64,000 nt of DNA, taken from NCBI GenBank assembly GCA_964016885.1, contig OZ024744.1:124372001-124436000 (forward strand), read 5' to 3'. Below, one piece after another: positions 1-10,502 of the stretch. The translations under genes were made by a program, and so were the position numbers. The notes under the pieces are model-generated. The model saw only the letters and a list, made by a program, of their open reading frames with translations, searched no databases and was not told where the DNA came from. Position 1 is the first letter of the stretch. Each line of letters opens with the position of its first letter. Source of the DNA: Eledone cirrhosa (Eukaryota).

Positions 1-53
1 GCAGGTTTTCTTCCAAGTTGTTGAACCTCTTGTCTGTTTTGTCTCTTAATATA

Positions 54-311
54 TAATAATAATAATGAAATTATTGTGTAAAGTGCTCAGGTGCACTACA
101 ACTCGTCAAAGGTGTATGTATAGTACATAGAATAATACACAAATGTCAGGGAAGTACATGTGTGTATGTGTTAGCTGTAGTGTTGGCGGATCTCGGGAAG
201 CATGGAGGTCTTAAAGGATGCAGTGTCTCGACAGCTAACAACTGATGCAGGTAGTTTGTTCCATGCTTCAGCAACTCTGAGCGTGAAAAAATGTTTCCGA
301 AAGTCATGGGA
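54..311 (-). mobile_element. 3' end fragment of a CR1/L2-type LINE (ORF2 C-terminus, 3' UTR, (ATT)n tail)
   Basis: Minus strand 311-171 reads SHDFRKHFFTLRVAEAWNKLPASVVSCRDTASFKTSMLPEIRQHYS*. This fits the FF..RV...WN.LP..VV......FK motif that ends CR1-group ORF2. An (AAT)n run on + at 54-66 fits the tail. Confidence 0.7.
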
Positions 312-627
312 ATGGTCTACTACCTATCTAAGTTTATTTCTAGCTATGGTAAACTGTGCCTCTGTTTGGTCATCTTTTTGTTGTGGTATAAAAACCCTTT
401 TGTTAACTATGGAGATACGAAAGATACAGATTTAAGTTAAATGAAATGAAAAGACGTTAAAATTTTGAACGTGCACATTGTGAAATGTATGATATATGTA
501 TGTGTGTGCGTGAATTCCCCGCTTACTACACTCTCCACCTATCAACCGTGATCTTGAGAATAAACTCTGACAGTTAAAACTTACCATGACTAACATCCTA
601 CAATAACACACACACACTCCCCACAAT

Positions 628-1161
628 CCCTCCAGATCACAACTTGCTACCCTAAGCAACCTCAGATCTAAGGACCTTGTATACCTCCCATTGGACAAGG
701 AAAAAGAGTTTTGTGTTATTAATAGGGAGGCCTACAACAACCGAACCCACCAACATCTCAACTACGACAGTCTCTACTCAAAAGTCACTGGAATTACACC
801 CACACTGATAGAGAACCAGATCAACACTGCCTGGACCAACATCTGTGATCAACGAAGGCTCCCGAAGAGATTCCAGTAAAATTACATAACAAGAAACAGC
901 AAGCTGCCCAACTTCTACCACCTGATCAAAACCCACGAAGAAGGACCCGACCTGAAAATTAGACCCATTGTCTCCAGTGTTGAAGGACCATCTTATAAAA
1001 TCTTTTGGCTTCTGTCCAAGATTTTAAAGCTCCTGTTGACAACCTTCCCGGGCCACATCTATAGCTCAGATGATGTCATCCAGCGACTCAACAAACTAGA
1101 ACTTGACACCCTCAAATCCAATAGGTACACCTTCAGCCTAGATGTAGTATCCCTCTACACT
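628..1161 (+). mobile_element. Penelope-like element reverse transcriptase fragment (pseudogene)
   Basis: Frame +1, read through one stop (877-879): LDKEKEFCVIN...KLPNFYHLIKTHEEGPDLKIRPIVSSVEGPSYKIFWLLSKILK...YTFSLDVVSLYT. It matches Penelope RT motifs (DKG..VV, P.FY.LPK.HK, RPIVS, SLDVVSLYT) and is truncated after the first catalytic motif. Confidence 0.85.
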
Positions 1162-1690
1162 ATTTATCTGTGCTGGTTTTTGGTACTAGCAGTTACAATG
1201 GATTGACAGCTAACACCATCCCACTCCCACAATTAAAAGAACTGCTTCGACCTTTGCTTGACCGCACCTATTCCGCACGCACGTGTTATCTGCAGAATAC
1301 CTCAGTTAGTCACAAACAGCGAACAGCAGAGGACACATACCGTTCCTCTCCGACAGATAACTCCTCACCTCTCCCCCGGAAAACCCAGTTGATGGATGCG
1401 AATCCGAAATATAGGGACAATTAAATCTCTCCCAAGGTAACTCTATCTCGTGTTATTATTTTTATTTTTTACGCTCTTTCCTACGTTCCTCTACACACTA
1501 TACATCTCATTCTACATTACCTTACATCTCTCTCTTCACCACCGGATCCTGTTACCCGGAGACTGACCCATCTGCATTGTTGAGGCTTCCAAAACGACCA
1601 AAAGAAAATAAATCTTATTATTCCACAATGCTTCAAGCAAACTTCAATACTCTCTTGTATATATATTTTTTTTTTTTCTTTTTTTCCCAG

Positions 1691-1901
1691 AATGCTGAAT
1701 GGAAAAGTATGTTTGGTTCAAGTGACACAGAAAAATCCTTGTCGAGTTCTCCAAAGTCTAAAGGAAACATCAAATGGGAGAGTGGTTCAGAACGCCGATC
1801 ATCTTTAACAAATCCTGCTCTCACGTCAAATGTCTTTGCACAGACTTCTTTGGAAGGGAACAATCTTCGAGGAACAATTCCTGAAAAACAAACTATCCAG
1901 A
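1691..1901 (+). CDS. PIK3R4: PIK3R4/VPS15 internal exon A (linker before the WD40 domain)
   Basis: Long poly-T tract and cccAG acceptor (1690). Reads NAEWKSMFGSSDTEK...EKQTIQ, similar to vertebrate PIK3R4 NEEWKSMFGS (recalled). The weak donor A|gtctgt at 1902 is phase 1, which matches the next exon. The 3' boundary is less certain. Confidence 0.75.
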
Positions 1902-1926
1902 GTCTGTTTATGTTTTATTATTATTT

Positions 1927-2490
1927 GGATTGGCAGTATCGGTAGAGGGTCGGACGCCATGCTTTCCAGCATAGTTACGTCCCTTTACGATCCGAGTTCA
2001 AATCCCGCCGAGGTTGACTTTGCCTTTCATCCTTACAGGGTCGATAAAATAAAGTACCAGTAATGTACTGGGTAATTGCTGGCCTTGTGCCTAAAGTAGA
2101 AACAATTATTATTTTGGATTGGCGGTGGATTGGCAGTATCGGTAGAGGGTCGGACGCCATGCTTTCCAGCATAGTTACGTCCCTTTACGATCTGAGTTCA
2201 AATCCCACTGAGGTTGACTTTGCCTTTCATCCTTACGGAGTCGATAAAATAAAGTACCAGTAATGTACTGGGTAATTGCTGGCATTGTGCCTAAAGTAGA
2301 AACAATTATTATTTTGGATTGGCAGTATCGGTAGAGGGTCGGACGCCATGCTTTGACGCATAGAGTTATGGCCCTTGTCATTCTGAGTTCAAATCCCGCT
2401 GAGGTTAACTTTGTCTTTCATCCTTCCGGGGTCGATAAAATAAAGTACTGGGTAATTGCTGGCCTTGTGTCAAAAGTAGAAACAATTATT
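1927..2490 (+). mobile_element. Head-to-tail trimer of a ~190-bp tRNA-derived SINE
   Basis: Copies start at 1927, 2127 and 2316. Each has an A-box-like TGGCAGTATCGG, a B-box GAGTTCAAATCC, the central GACTTTGCCTTTCATCCTT.CGGGGTCGATAAAATAAAGTAC core, and an AATTATT tail. Confidence 0.85.
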
Positions 2491-2804
2491 TCTTAACAAT
2501 CACATTACCATATTTTTTTTATGAAAGGACTCTCACTGTCTGTGAAAATAACCAAGAATTTGGAAGGATTTAGTAATATAAGTTACTTTCTTATTGTAAA
2601 GCTGGTGTTTGGAACATAACTTAGCAAAGGTTCTTAGGTAAAATTATGATGGAAGGTTTTTAGATAAATATAAACACTTTAAAACAGTTTTGTCTGATAG
2701 AACCAGGGGTGTTTGGAACATAACTTAACAGGGGACTACTTGTATTTTTTCTATTGTTACAAATGTGTTTGAACAGTTTTTCCTCTTTTGCTGATTTACT
2801 TTAG

Positions 2805-2994
2805 CTCGTTATGCACCTTGCAAACAAGACCTAAGGAATTTAGTGAATCGCAGGCGAGAGCAATACGAAGCTGATATTAGGACAAAAGACATCTTGGAAG
2901 GGGTTGGTCTTGACCAGATTTTTCCTCCACAGAACTGGAAACCAAAGGGTCAACTTGTTGCTCACATGCAAGAACACAAGTCAGTTGTGAACAG
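2805..2994 (+). CDS. PIK3R4: PIK3R4/VPS15 internal exon B
   Basis: tttAG acceptor (2804) and AG|gtaaat donor (2995). Encodes (T)RYAPCKQDLRNLVNRRREQYEAD...FPPQNWKPKGQLVAHMQEHKSVVN(R), matching the PIK3R4 motif [21 protein letters not shown]. 190 nt, phase 1 to 2. Confidence 0.93.
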
Positions 2995-3016
2995 GTAAAT
3001 TTTACAAATAGCTTTG

Positions 3017-3598
3017 TCATCATCACCATAATCATCAACATCATCATCACCACCAATACCATCATAATCATCATCATCATAATAATCATTATCATCACCA
3101 CTCTCACTGCCACTGCCTCTACCACCACCACCATCACCACCATCACCATCACCATTACCACCACCACCATTACCATCACCACCACCACCACCACCTCCAC
3201 CCTCACTACCACCACCACCATCACCACCACCAACACCACCATCACCACCACCAACACCACCACCAACACCACCACCATCACCACCACCAACACCACCGAC
3301 ACCAACACCACCACCACTAACACCACCACCACCAACAACAACACCACCACCATCACCACCACCAACACCACCACCACCAACACAACCACCAACATCAACA
3401 CCACCACCACCAACACCACCACCCTAACTGCCACCACCACCACAACCATCACCACCATCACCACCACTACCACCACCATCACCACCACCTTCACCACCAC
3501 CACAACCACCACCATCACCACCATCACCACCATCACCACCACCACCATCATCACCACCACCACCACCACCACCACCATCACCATCACCACCACCACCA
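3017..3598. repeat. Compound (CAT/CAC/CAA)n trinucleotide microsatellite
   Basis: About 580 bp of imperfect CAT, then CAC/AAC repeats, starting about 20 nt after the exon B donor. It explains the poly-Val ORF 2877-3599(-). Confidence 0.95.
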
Positions 3599-3834
3599 TG
3601 GGAGTTGTTGTTTGTTAATGAGATTTAGCTACAGTTTCTAGCAGGTCAATCAACCATATAGAGACTGTCCTTCAATGTTGTTGTTGGATATGTGGGAGTT
3701 GTTATTTGAGGTAGATTTAACTACTATTTCTAACAAGTCGATTTAACCACATAGAGACATTTCGATTGCAAGGCCAATGCTCTAACCACTAAGCCATGTG
3801 CCTCCATTGATATAAAATTCTCCATTCCAGTGGT

Positions 3835-4097
3835 CTTTCACGTACATTGACATTGCACATCCAACGGAGCATGCTTGCTTCATTTCTCTCCAGCCGTTGC
3901 ATATCTTCTGCAGTTGCATCATATAACTGTCCTTTCATATGCAGGGAGAGACCCTTCTTTGTCAACAGAGGGAGCAGCTCCCTAAACTTCTTCCAACCCG
4001 TCCTTATTCTAGATACTATGGCCTCGGAGCACCCCTCTCCCATGCTAATCTGATCACCTAGGTACTGGAAGCTATCAACCACTTTTATAGAACCCAC
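3835..4097 (-). mobile_element. RTE LINE fragment (post-RT region), antisense, with an internal deletion
   Basis: GSIKVVDSFQYLGDQIS...RIRTGWKKFRELLPLL.KKGLSL.MKGQLYDA...RLERNEASMLRWMC. It is homologous to 6105-6415 of the + strand RTE in this window but lacks the ..MLHGSETW segment. Confidence 0.9.
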
Positions 4098-4198
4098 CTG
4101 AATTGGAAAAATGTCTTCACTGCATAAAATTTCTAAAATGAATTTTATGCTGTGACATAATTAATCATGTCATAAAATTCTTGTGTTATTTTTTAAAG

Positions 4199-4329
4199 GA
4201 TTGCTGTGTGTACAGACCACTCCATGTTTGCTACATGTTCCAATGACGGAACTATGAAGTTATGGGACTGTGGCCAGTTAGAAGGAAAAAGTGTCGCTAA
4301 CCGGTCAAAGTTCACATACAGCAAGCAAG
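4199..4329 (+). CDS. PIK3R4: PIK3R4/VPS15 internal exon C (WD40 repeat)
   Basis: ttttaaAG acceptor (4198) and G|gtaaca donor (4330). Encodes [43 protein letters not shown](G), against human [44 protein letters not shown] (recalled). 131 nt, phase 2 to 1. Confidence 0.95.
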
Positions 4330-4355
4330 GTAACAAACATTTTACTTACTTTCAG

Positions 4356-4440
4356 CCATCATCACCAACACCACCACTTCCACCAACACCACCACTTCCA
4401 CCATCACCACCACCACCACTATCAGCCACCTCCATCACTA
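4356..4440. repeat. Short imperfect (CCA)n microsatellite
   Basis: CCACCA-rich run with an 18-bp internal duplication, just downstream of exon C. Confidence 0.8.
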
Positions 4441-4778
4441 AATCCTGATTCAACCAAGTAAGATGATGGAAAAGCAATAAGGTAGAGCTGTGCTTTTTCC
4501 CAGAGTAATGGCTACTTTGTAGCAATATCATTTGTTTTCCATATATTACATACTTATATTAAGGTATTCTTCTAAAAAAACAACAATAAGAACAAGAGAT
4601 GAGAGAGAGAGAGAGAAAAAAACAGTTACCAATGGTACAATGTGAATCAAAATCTCATAAATTTGATATTATGTGAGTTAAAGTGATTACCGTGAAAATA
4701 CAAAAGTAAAAACAGTAATGTGAATGGTAAACATGCCAAATATACACATTTTAATGTAAATTGTAAAAGTGATACTAA

Positions 4779-6962
4779 GTATACTTAGCTAGGAGGGAAG
4801 CAGAGGATAGAAAATTCAAGCATGTTTTGCAACGTGAGGACCAGAATCAGGAGGTGTTCAAGATTGCGAGGCAGTGTGTCAGAGAGAATTGTGATGTCAT
4901 TGGAGAGAAGTGTATCCGGAATGATAAAGGTGAGCTTGCCCTCACAAGTGCTGAGAAGAAAGATGCATAAAAGAGCCATTATCATAGATTACTAAATGAG
5001 GAGAATGCATGGGAAGAAGAGACCCTACCCCAAGTAGATCCTATAGAGGGGCCAGCAGTATAAGTCAGCAGCAGCGTAGTAAGTAAGGCAATCAAAGATA
5101 TGAAGATGGGGAAGGCAACCGGTCCATCGGGTATAGCTGCCGAGATGCTGAAGGCATCTGGGTCTGTAGGTCACACTATAACCACACGTATTGTTAACCA
5201 GGTAATACTAGAAGGTGTCATACCAAAAGATTGGTGCAGTAGCATCATTGTCAACTGCTACAAAGGTAAAGGTGATGCACTAGTTAGAGGAAACTATAGA
5301 GGTATAAAGCTGATGGACCAGGTCATGAAAGTAACAGAAAGAGTTATAGCATAGTTGATTAGGGACCGGGTGAAACTAGATGAGATGCAATTTGGGTTTG
5401 TACCAGGAAGAGGCACCACTGATACCCTCTTCCTTGTGAGGCAGTTACAGGAAAAGTACCTAGCTAAAAGTAAGCCACTCTACTTGGCATTCGTCGATCT
5501 CGAGAAAGCCTTTGACAGAGTTCCACGTGCTGTAATCTGGTGGGCTCTTAGAAAACTAGGAGTAGATGAATGGCTTGTGAAAGCTGTACAAGACATGTAT
5601 AGGGGAGCAGTCAGCAAAGTTAGGATGAGCAATGAGTATAGCGAAGAATTTAGCGTACAGGTTGGTGTCCACCAGTGCTCTGTTCTTAGCCCTCTCCTGT
5701 TCATCATAGTCCTGCAGGCAATAACGGAGGAGTTTAAGACCGGATGCCCATGGGAATTCCTGTATGCTGATGACCTCGCACTTATAGCTGAATCTATGGT
5801 AGAACTAGAGAAGAAATTCCAAACTTGGAAGCAGAGACTAGAAAGAAAGGGTCTCAAAGACTAAGGTCCTTGTAAGTAGACGAGAAAACAGAGCCCAGAT
5901 CCCCTCAGGGAAATGGCCTTGCTCAGTATGTAGGAAAGGTGTAGGTAGGAACTCCATTCTCTGCCCCAAATGCAAACAATGGGTACTCAAGAGATGTAGC
6001 AGGATCTCAGGAAGCTTAATTAAGAATGTAGGCTTCACATGCAGCAGCTGTGCTGAGACAGCAAGCAGCAAACAGCCACAGGAAACAAGTACCACCAATC
6101 TCTGGGAGGGCTCTGTAGAAACAGTAGACAGCTTCTGCTACCTAGGTGACCGAATTAGCAGCGGAGGTGGCTGTTCAGAAAGTACAATAACTAGGGTAAG
6201 AACGGGATGGAAGAAGTTCAGGGAACTACTGCCACTGCTAGCTGCAAAAGGCTTCTCCCTCAGAATGAAAGGCAGACTGTATGATGCGTGTATCCGAACA
6301 GCAATGTTACATGGTAGTGAGACCTGGGCGCTGAAGGTGGAAGACTTACGTTAATTAGAAAGAAACGAAGCCTGCATGCTCCGATGGATGTGTAAAAGTA
6401 ATATACGCGAACGACAAAGCATAAATGAATTGAGAGAGAGACTGAGCATAAGAGGAATCAAATGCTATGTCCAGGAGAGGCGGTGACGTTGGTATGGACA
6501 TGTGATGCGTATGAAGGATGACAGCTGCATAAAAAGGTGCAGAGCACTAGAAGTCAATGGAAACCGCGGAGTGGGGAGACCCAAGAAGACCTGGGATGAG
6601 GTGATAAAAGCCGACTTTACCCAATTAACCTCTCAAAGGCGATGACACACGACCGTGACCTCTGGCGTCACGCAGTAATACAGAGTACCCGACCTCCCAT
6701 GGGTACAAGCTGAAGCATATAGACAATATGCCCCACACCCTCCCACTGCAAGGTGGTCGTGGAGGTGCCATGGCAAAAAAGCACCCAGCCCATACTGTAA
6801 ATGAGGTTGGTGCTAGGAAGGGCATCCAGCTGTAGAAATCAAGCCAAATCAGTTCCTGCATGAGCAAGGCATGGTCAGCCGACCAGACACTGCCCACAAC
6901 AGGACAACCCGTCTAACCCATGCTAGCATGGAAGAACGGATGTAAAACGGTGATGATGATGA
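4779..6962 (+). mobile_element. 5'-truncated RTE-clade LINE: RT, PHD-like finger, C-terminus, 3' UTR and (GAT)n tail; inactivated
   Basis: Motifs KMGKATGPSG, NYRGIKLM, QFGFVPGRGTTD, FVDLEKAFDRV, GVHQCSVLSPLLF, LYADDLAL, FCYLGD, MLHGSETW, GRPKKTW. Several in-frame stops (e.g. 5352-5354) and a frameshift near 5860. The ORF ends near 6713 and the tail is at 6950-6962. Confidence 0.95.
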
Positions 6963-7020
6963 CTTTGAATTGATTTTCGAACATAGTTATACAGATATAA
7001 CTTTATCATATAATTGAATA

Positions 7021-7254
7021 AAACACCCAGTCCACGCTATAATGTGGCCGTGTAGGTAACACGGTAAAAAAGCTCCCAGTCCACACTGTAAATGTGGTTG
7101 GTGTTAGGAAGGGCATCCAGCCGTAGAAAACCTGCCAGGTAGAGTCCTATACGAGCGAGACTTGGTCACCTGACCAGTCTTGCCTCAAGTGGGACAATTA
7201 CCGTTTAACCCATGCTAGCGTGGAAGATAGACGTTAAACGATGATGATGATGAT
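7021..7254 (+). mobile_element. Short element homologous to the RTE 3' UTR (RTE-tailed SINE or extremely truncated LINE)
   Basis: Shares GGTTGGTG.TAGGAAGGGCATCCAGC.GTAGAAA and AACCCATGCTAGC.TGGAAGA with 6805-6935, and ends in a (GAT)n tail at 7240-7254. Confidence 0.9.
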
Positions 7255-8760
7255 ATTACACTTCTCATCTTTGTATTTTGCGTGCATTATTTCATCACTT
7301 TGTAATTCAATGAGGGGCTCCTGCAAAGAAATGTCTATATCAGCAACATTAACTTCGAAAGGAATTGTCACCCAAGTTGGTATATCCATCATTAGTAGGT
7401 CACTAAAGCGAGTTTGCATATATTCGTGCATATTTTCTAAATATTCACTTTATAATAGAAGGTCTTCATTGTGCAAATCGCTGCTAATCGAAGCAAAAAA
7501 AGGAAACTGTTCAAATGCACGACGCCTGATATTATTTTTGTACAACTGTAGTTTTCTCAGAAAAGCAGTAATAACACCTTTACTAGATATGAGATCAGAA
7601 TCTTTTCCTTGGAGCTGTTTATTAAGTAAATTTAATTTTTCAAATATATCTGCTAAGTAAAATACATCACATTTAGTTGCAAGCAGTTGTTCTCCCGGCT
7701 GGGTGTTAGCAAGAAATGAGACAATAGAATCCCAAAGTGCAATAAAACGTTGAAGACAATTCCCCTTTGAAAGCCACCTCACCTCAGTATGTAATATAAG
7801 GCGCGCAAACTCTTCTCCATTTTGATTACAGAATTCACGAAAAAGGCAGCCTCGGAGAGAATTTTATTTAATATGGTTAAACACTTTTATCACAACAGCA
7901 AGGGCATCATCCAGAAGTCCACTCAATTTCTTTGCAAGTGTTGACGGTGTATCACACAGTGAATACAAAATACTTCGGGAACAGCTTTTTTCAAATTTGT
8001 AATAAAACCTTTGTATCTGGCTGTCATGGATGGTGCACCATCAGTAGCACATGCAATTATATTTTTGAGTGGAATATTGTTTTCCTTGAAATAAGTAACA
8101 ACTTCATTAACAATTCTTTCACCTTTTGTGTCTGTCCTAAGACTTCTAGCAAAGAGCATTTCCTCTCTGGGTCCTTTATCATCTTTAAATCTCACATATG
8201 CTAATAGCATGGCTTCATTATTATCTGTTAAGGTAGATTCATCAAGCTGAAGAGCAAACTGTTTTACTTGCAAATTAGCTATTAATTGTTTTTCTGCATT
8301 CTCTGCCATTTCATCAATGCACCGTGACATAGAAGAGTTGCTTAAAGGGATGGAATTAGTAATTTCACTTAGATTTTGTTTCATAACTGATGAAATTATA
8401 ACAGATAAAGCCGGTAAAATTACTGTTTCACCAATATTATGGGGTTTTCCAGCCTTTGCTATTATCTTGCTAATTTCATAAGATGCTAGTAAACCATCAC
8501 TCATTTTACTCACTTTTTTTTAAAACACTTGAAACACTGTTTTTTAAAGTATTCTACTGGTTGATTTTCCTTTCCTTTGTGCTTCGTTTCTAGATGGACT
8601 TTTAGTTTACAAGGTTTCATGCTATCATTTGAAAGTACATCCGTACATATGAGGCACATTGGTTTCGTTTTATTATGTGGTGATGGAATAAATCTGTAAG
8701 ACAAATATTCAACAGAATACTGTCGGCACTTCTTACTTGGAGCAGCCATGGGTTGTCTGT
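7255..8760 (-). mobile_element. hAT-superfamily (Buster/Charlie-type) transposase pseudogene
   Basis: The broken frames join into one transposase: BED-like finger (CRQYSVEYL...PMCLIC.DVLSNDSMKP.KL..HLETKH), IAKAGKPHNIGE, FALQLDEST, ACATDGAPSM, IHCVIHRQHL, HTEVRWLSKG, YLADIFEKLN. It carries frameshifts and stops and ends at the element at 7254. No TIR was identified. Confidence 0.92.
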
Positions 8761-8799
8761 AAAAAAAATTTAATAATTATATATAGCTGTTGCAACATA

Positions 8800-9698
8800 T
8801 GAGGTGTGTCAGAAAAGTTCCAGGACTGATGTCATAAAAGATTTATTTCAAACCCAAACTTCACACTAAGAGTTTTCTTCTTCAAAGTAATCCCCCTGGA
8901 GTATGTAACTGTAATCTTAGCTCTCTGCAGTGATCAAACTTTTTTCTTCATAATTTTATATACATGTCCTCTGTTTCAGGTTGTCAAGCAATGAGCACAG
9001 AGCAACAAACAAACTTGAAGTTTCTGGTACGGTTGGGGAAAACTCCGCTGCAGCAAGTGTATGGAGATGAGACGCTCACGTGTGATGCTCACGATGTGAC
9101 GCTCACGTGTTTTTGAGTGGTGCAAGAGGTTTAAAGAAGGACGTGAGGACGTGAAAGATGACCCCAGGAGCGGAAGGCCCTCAACAACCAGGACTGAGGT
9201 CAACGTTGAGCACGTCAGGCAGATGGTGCGTAGCGATCGTCGGCTGACTGTTCAACTGATGGCAAATGAGCTGGGAATGAATCGGGACAGTGTCTGGAAG
9301 ATTCTCACTGAAGATTTGGACATGCGGAAAGTCTGCGTGAAGATGGTGCCAAAAGGGTTGACGTATGCAAGTGTGCCAGGAGATCCTCGAGTGTCTTGAA
9401 ACCAAACCAGACTTGCTAGGGACAGTCATCACCGGTAATGAGTCATGGATCTTCGAGTACGACCCGGAGGGGGACTCGTTTTGAAGACGTGGATGACATC
9501 AAAAAGGCCGTGACGACAGAACTGCAGAGGATCCTGGAAGAATCCTTCCAGGAGTGCATACAAGCATGGCAGAAAAGGATGGAAAAGTGCATTAGACCCC
9601 AGGGGGATTACTTTGAAGGAGAAAACTCTTAGTGTGAAGTTTGGGTTTGAAATAAATCTTTTGTGACATCAGTCCTGGAACTTTTCTGACACACCTCG
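8800..9698 (+). mobile_element. Internally deleted mariner (probably irritans/Hsmar2-like) with 100-bp TIRs and TA target duplication
   Basis: TIRs at 8800-8899 and 9599-9698 (3 mismatches by eye), with TA at 8798-8799 and 9699-9700. Transposase remnants: KDDPRSGRPSTT, KVCVKMVPK, VITGNESWIFEYDPE (TGDE.W motif with D to N), then a jump to the C-terminal ...MEKCIRPQGDYFEG. Confidence 0.95.
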
Positions 9699-9866
9699 TA
9701 TATTACAGGTTTTTGTTAAGAAATATAAAATTGTTAAAAAATTAAAAGATATTTGGCAACAAATAAAAGACATATTTACATAAAATATGGTCATGGTAAA
9801 TATAAATGTTAGGCGTTAAAATAACTTAAATAATAAAAAAAGACATCTCTGCAAGTCATTAATCAT

Positions 9867-10041
9867 GGCAGTATCGGTAGAGGGTCGGACGCCATGCTTT
9901 GATGCATAGAGTTACGGCCCTTGCTATTCTGAGTTCAAATCCCGCCGAGGTTAACTTTGCCTTTCATCCTTACGGGGTCGATAAAATAAAGTACCAGTAA
10001 TGTACTGGGTAATGTCTGGCCTTGTGCCAATAGTAGAAACA
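9867..10041 (+). mobile_element. Single copy of the tRNA-derived SINE with a 9-bp target-site duplication
   Basis: Same family as 1927-2490, closest to the third copy there. Flanked by ATTAATCAT at 9858-9866 and 10042-10050. Confidence 0.9.
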
Positions 10042-10502
10042 ATTAATCATTGTTACCAAATTTATTCCATTATGATCACCATTGATATTTTTATATTTCT
10101 CAAAACATATATATATATCAGATAAATACAAAGTTATAAATTGAAGTTTTAAATTTGTATTAAAAAAGGAAATATTTAGCCATTTTATTCCTACAGTCTT
10201 TCAAATTGGATAAAAGATTTTAATATTGAAGCACAGATTTTCAGAAAAATTAACGTCAGTTTGTATGTACTAGTAATTTTAATACCTCTTACCTTGCCAC
10301 AAGGGAGTTCAACATAAAACTGAAGTGAACTGCTTGGGTCATGTCGATTTTTATAGGCACTGAGAGTTAATAGTAGTACCGGAAATCATCCCTGCTACTG
10401 AAGATGTTAATGCCGTTAATCCTTCCTCGATACTGTGTCTCCCCTCAGTTCCCACAATAGTAACTTGTGTATAACTTCCTCTACTGTGTCTCCTGTGAGT
10501 TG

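Noticed and set aside
1927-2490. tRNA gene cluster
   Set aside because: A and B boxes are present but there is no cloverleaf, and each copy continues into a SINE body and tail. A solo copy at 9867 has a TSD.
2877-3599. 240-aa Val/Met-rich membrane-like ORF on the minus strand
   Set aside because: It is the translation of the (CAC/CAT)n microsatellite and overlaps PIK3R4 exon B antisense.
3600-3810. Two degenerate copies of a short repeat (GATTTAGCTACAGTTTCTAGCAGGTC) and a possible antisense tRNA-like SINE head at about 3765-3808
   Set aside because: Too short and decayed to classify or delimit reliably by eye.
7255-8760. Domesticated ZBED8/SCAND3-like host gene nested antisense in the intron
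   Set aside because: Multiple frameshifts and stops plus the missing C-terminal dimerisation region indicate a dead transposon.
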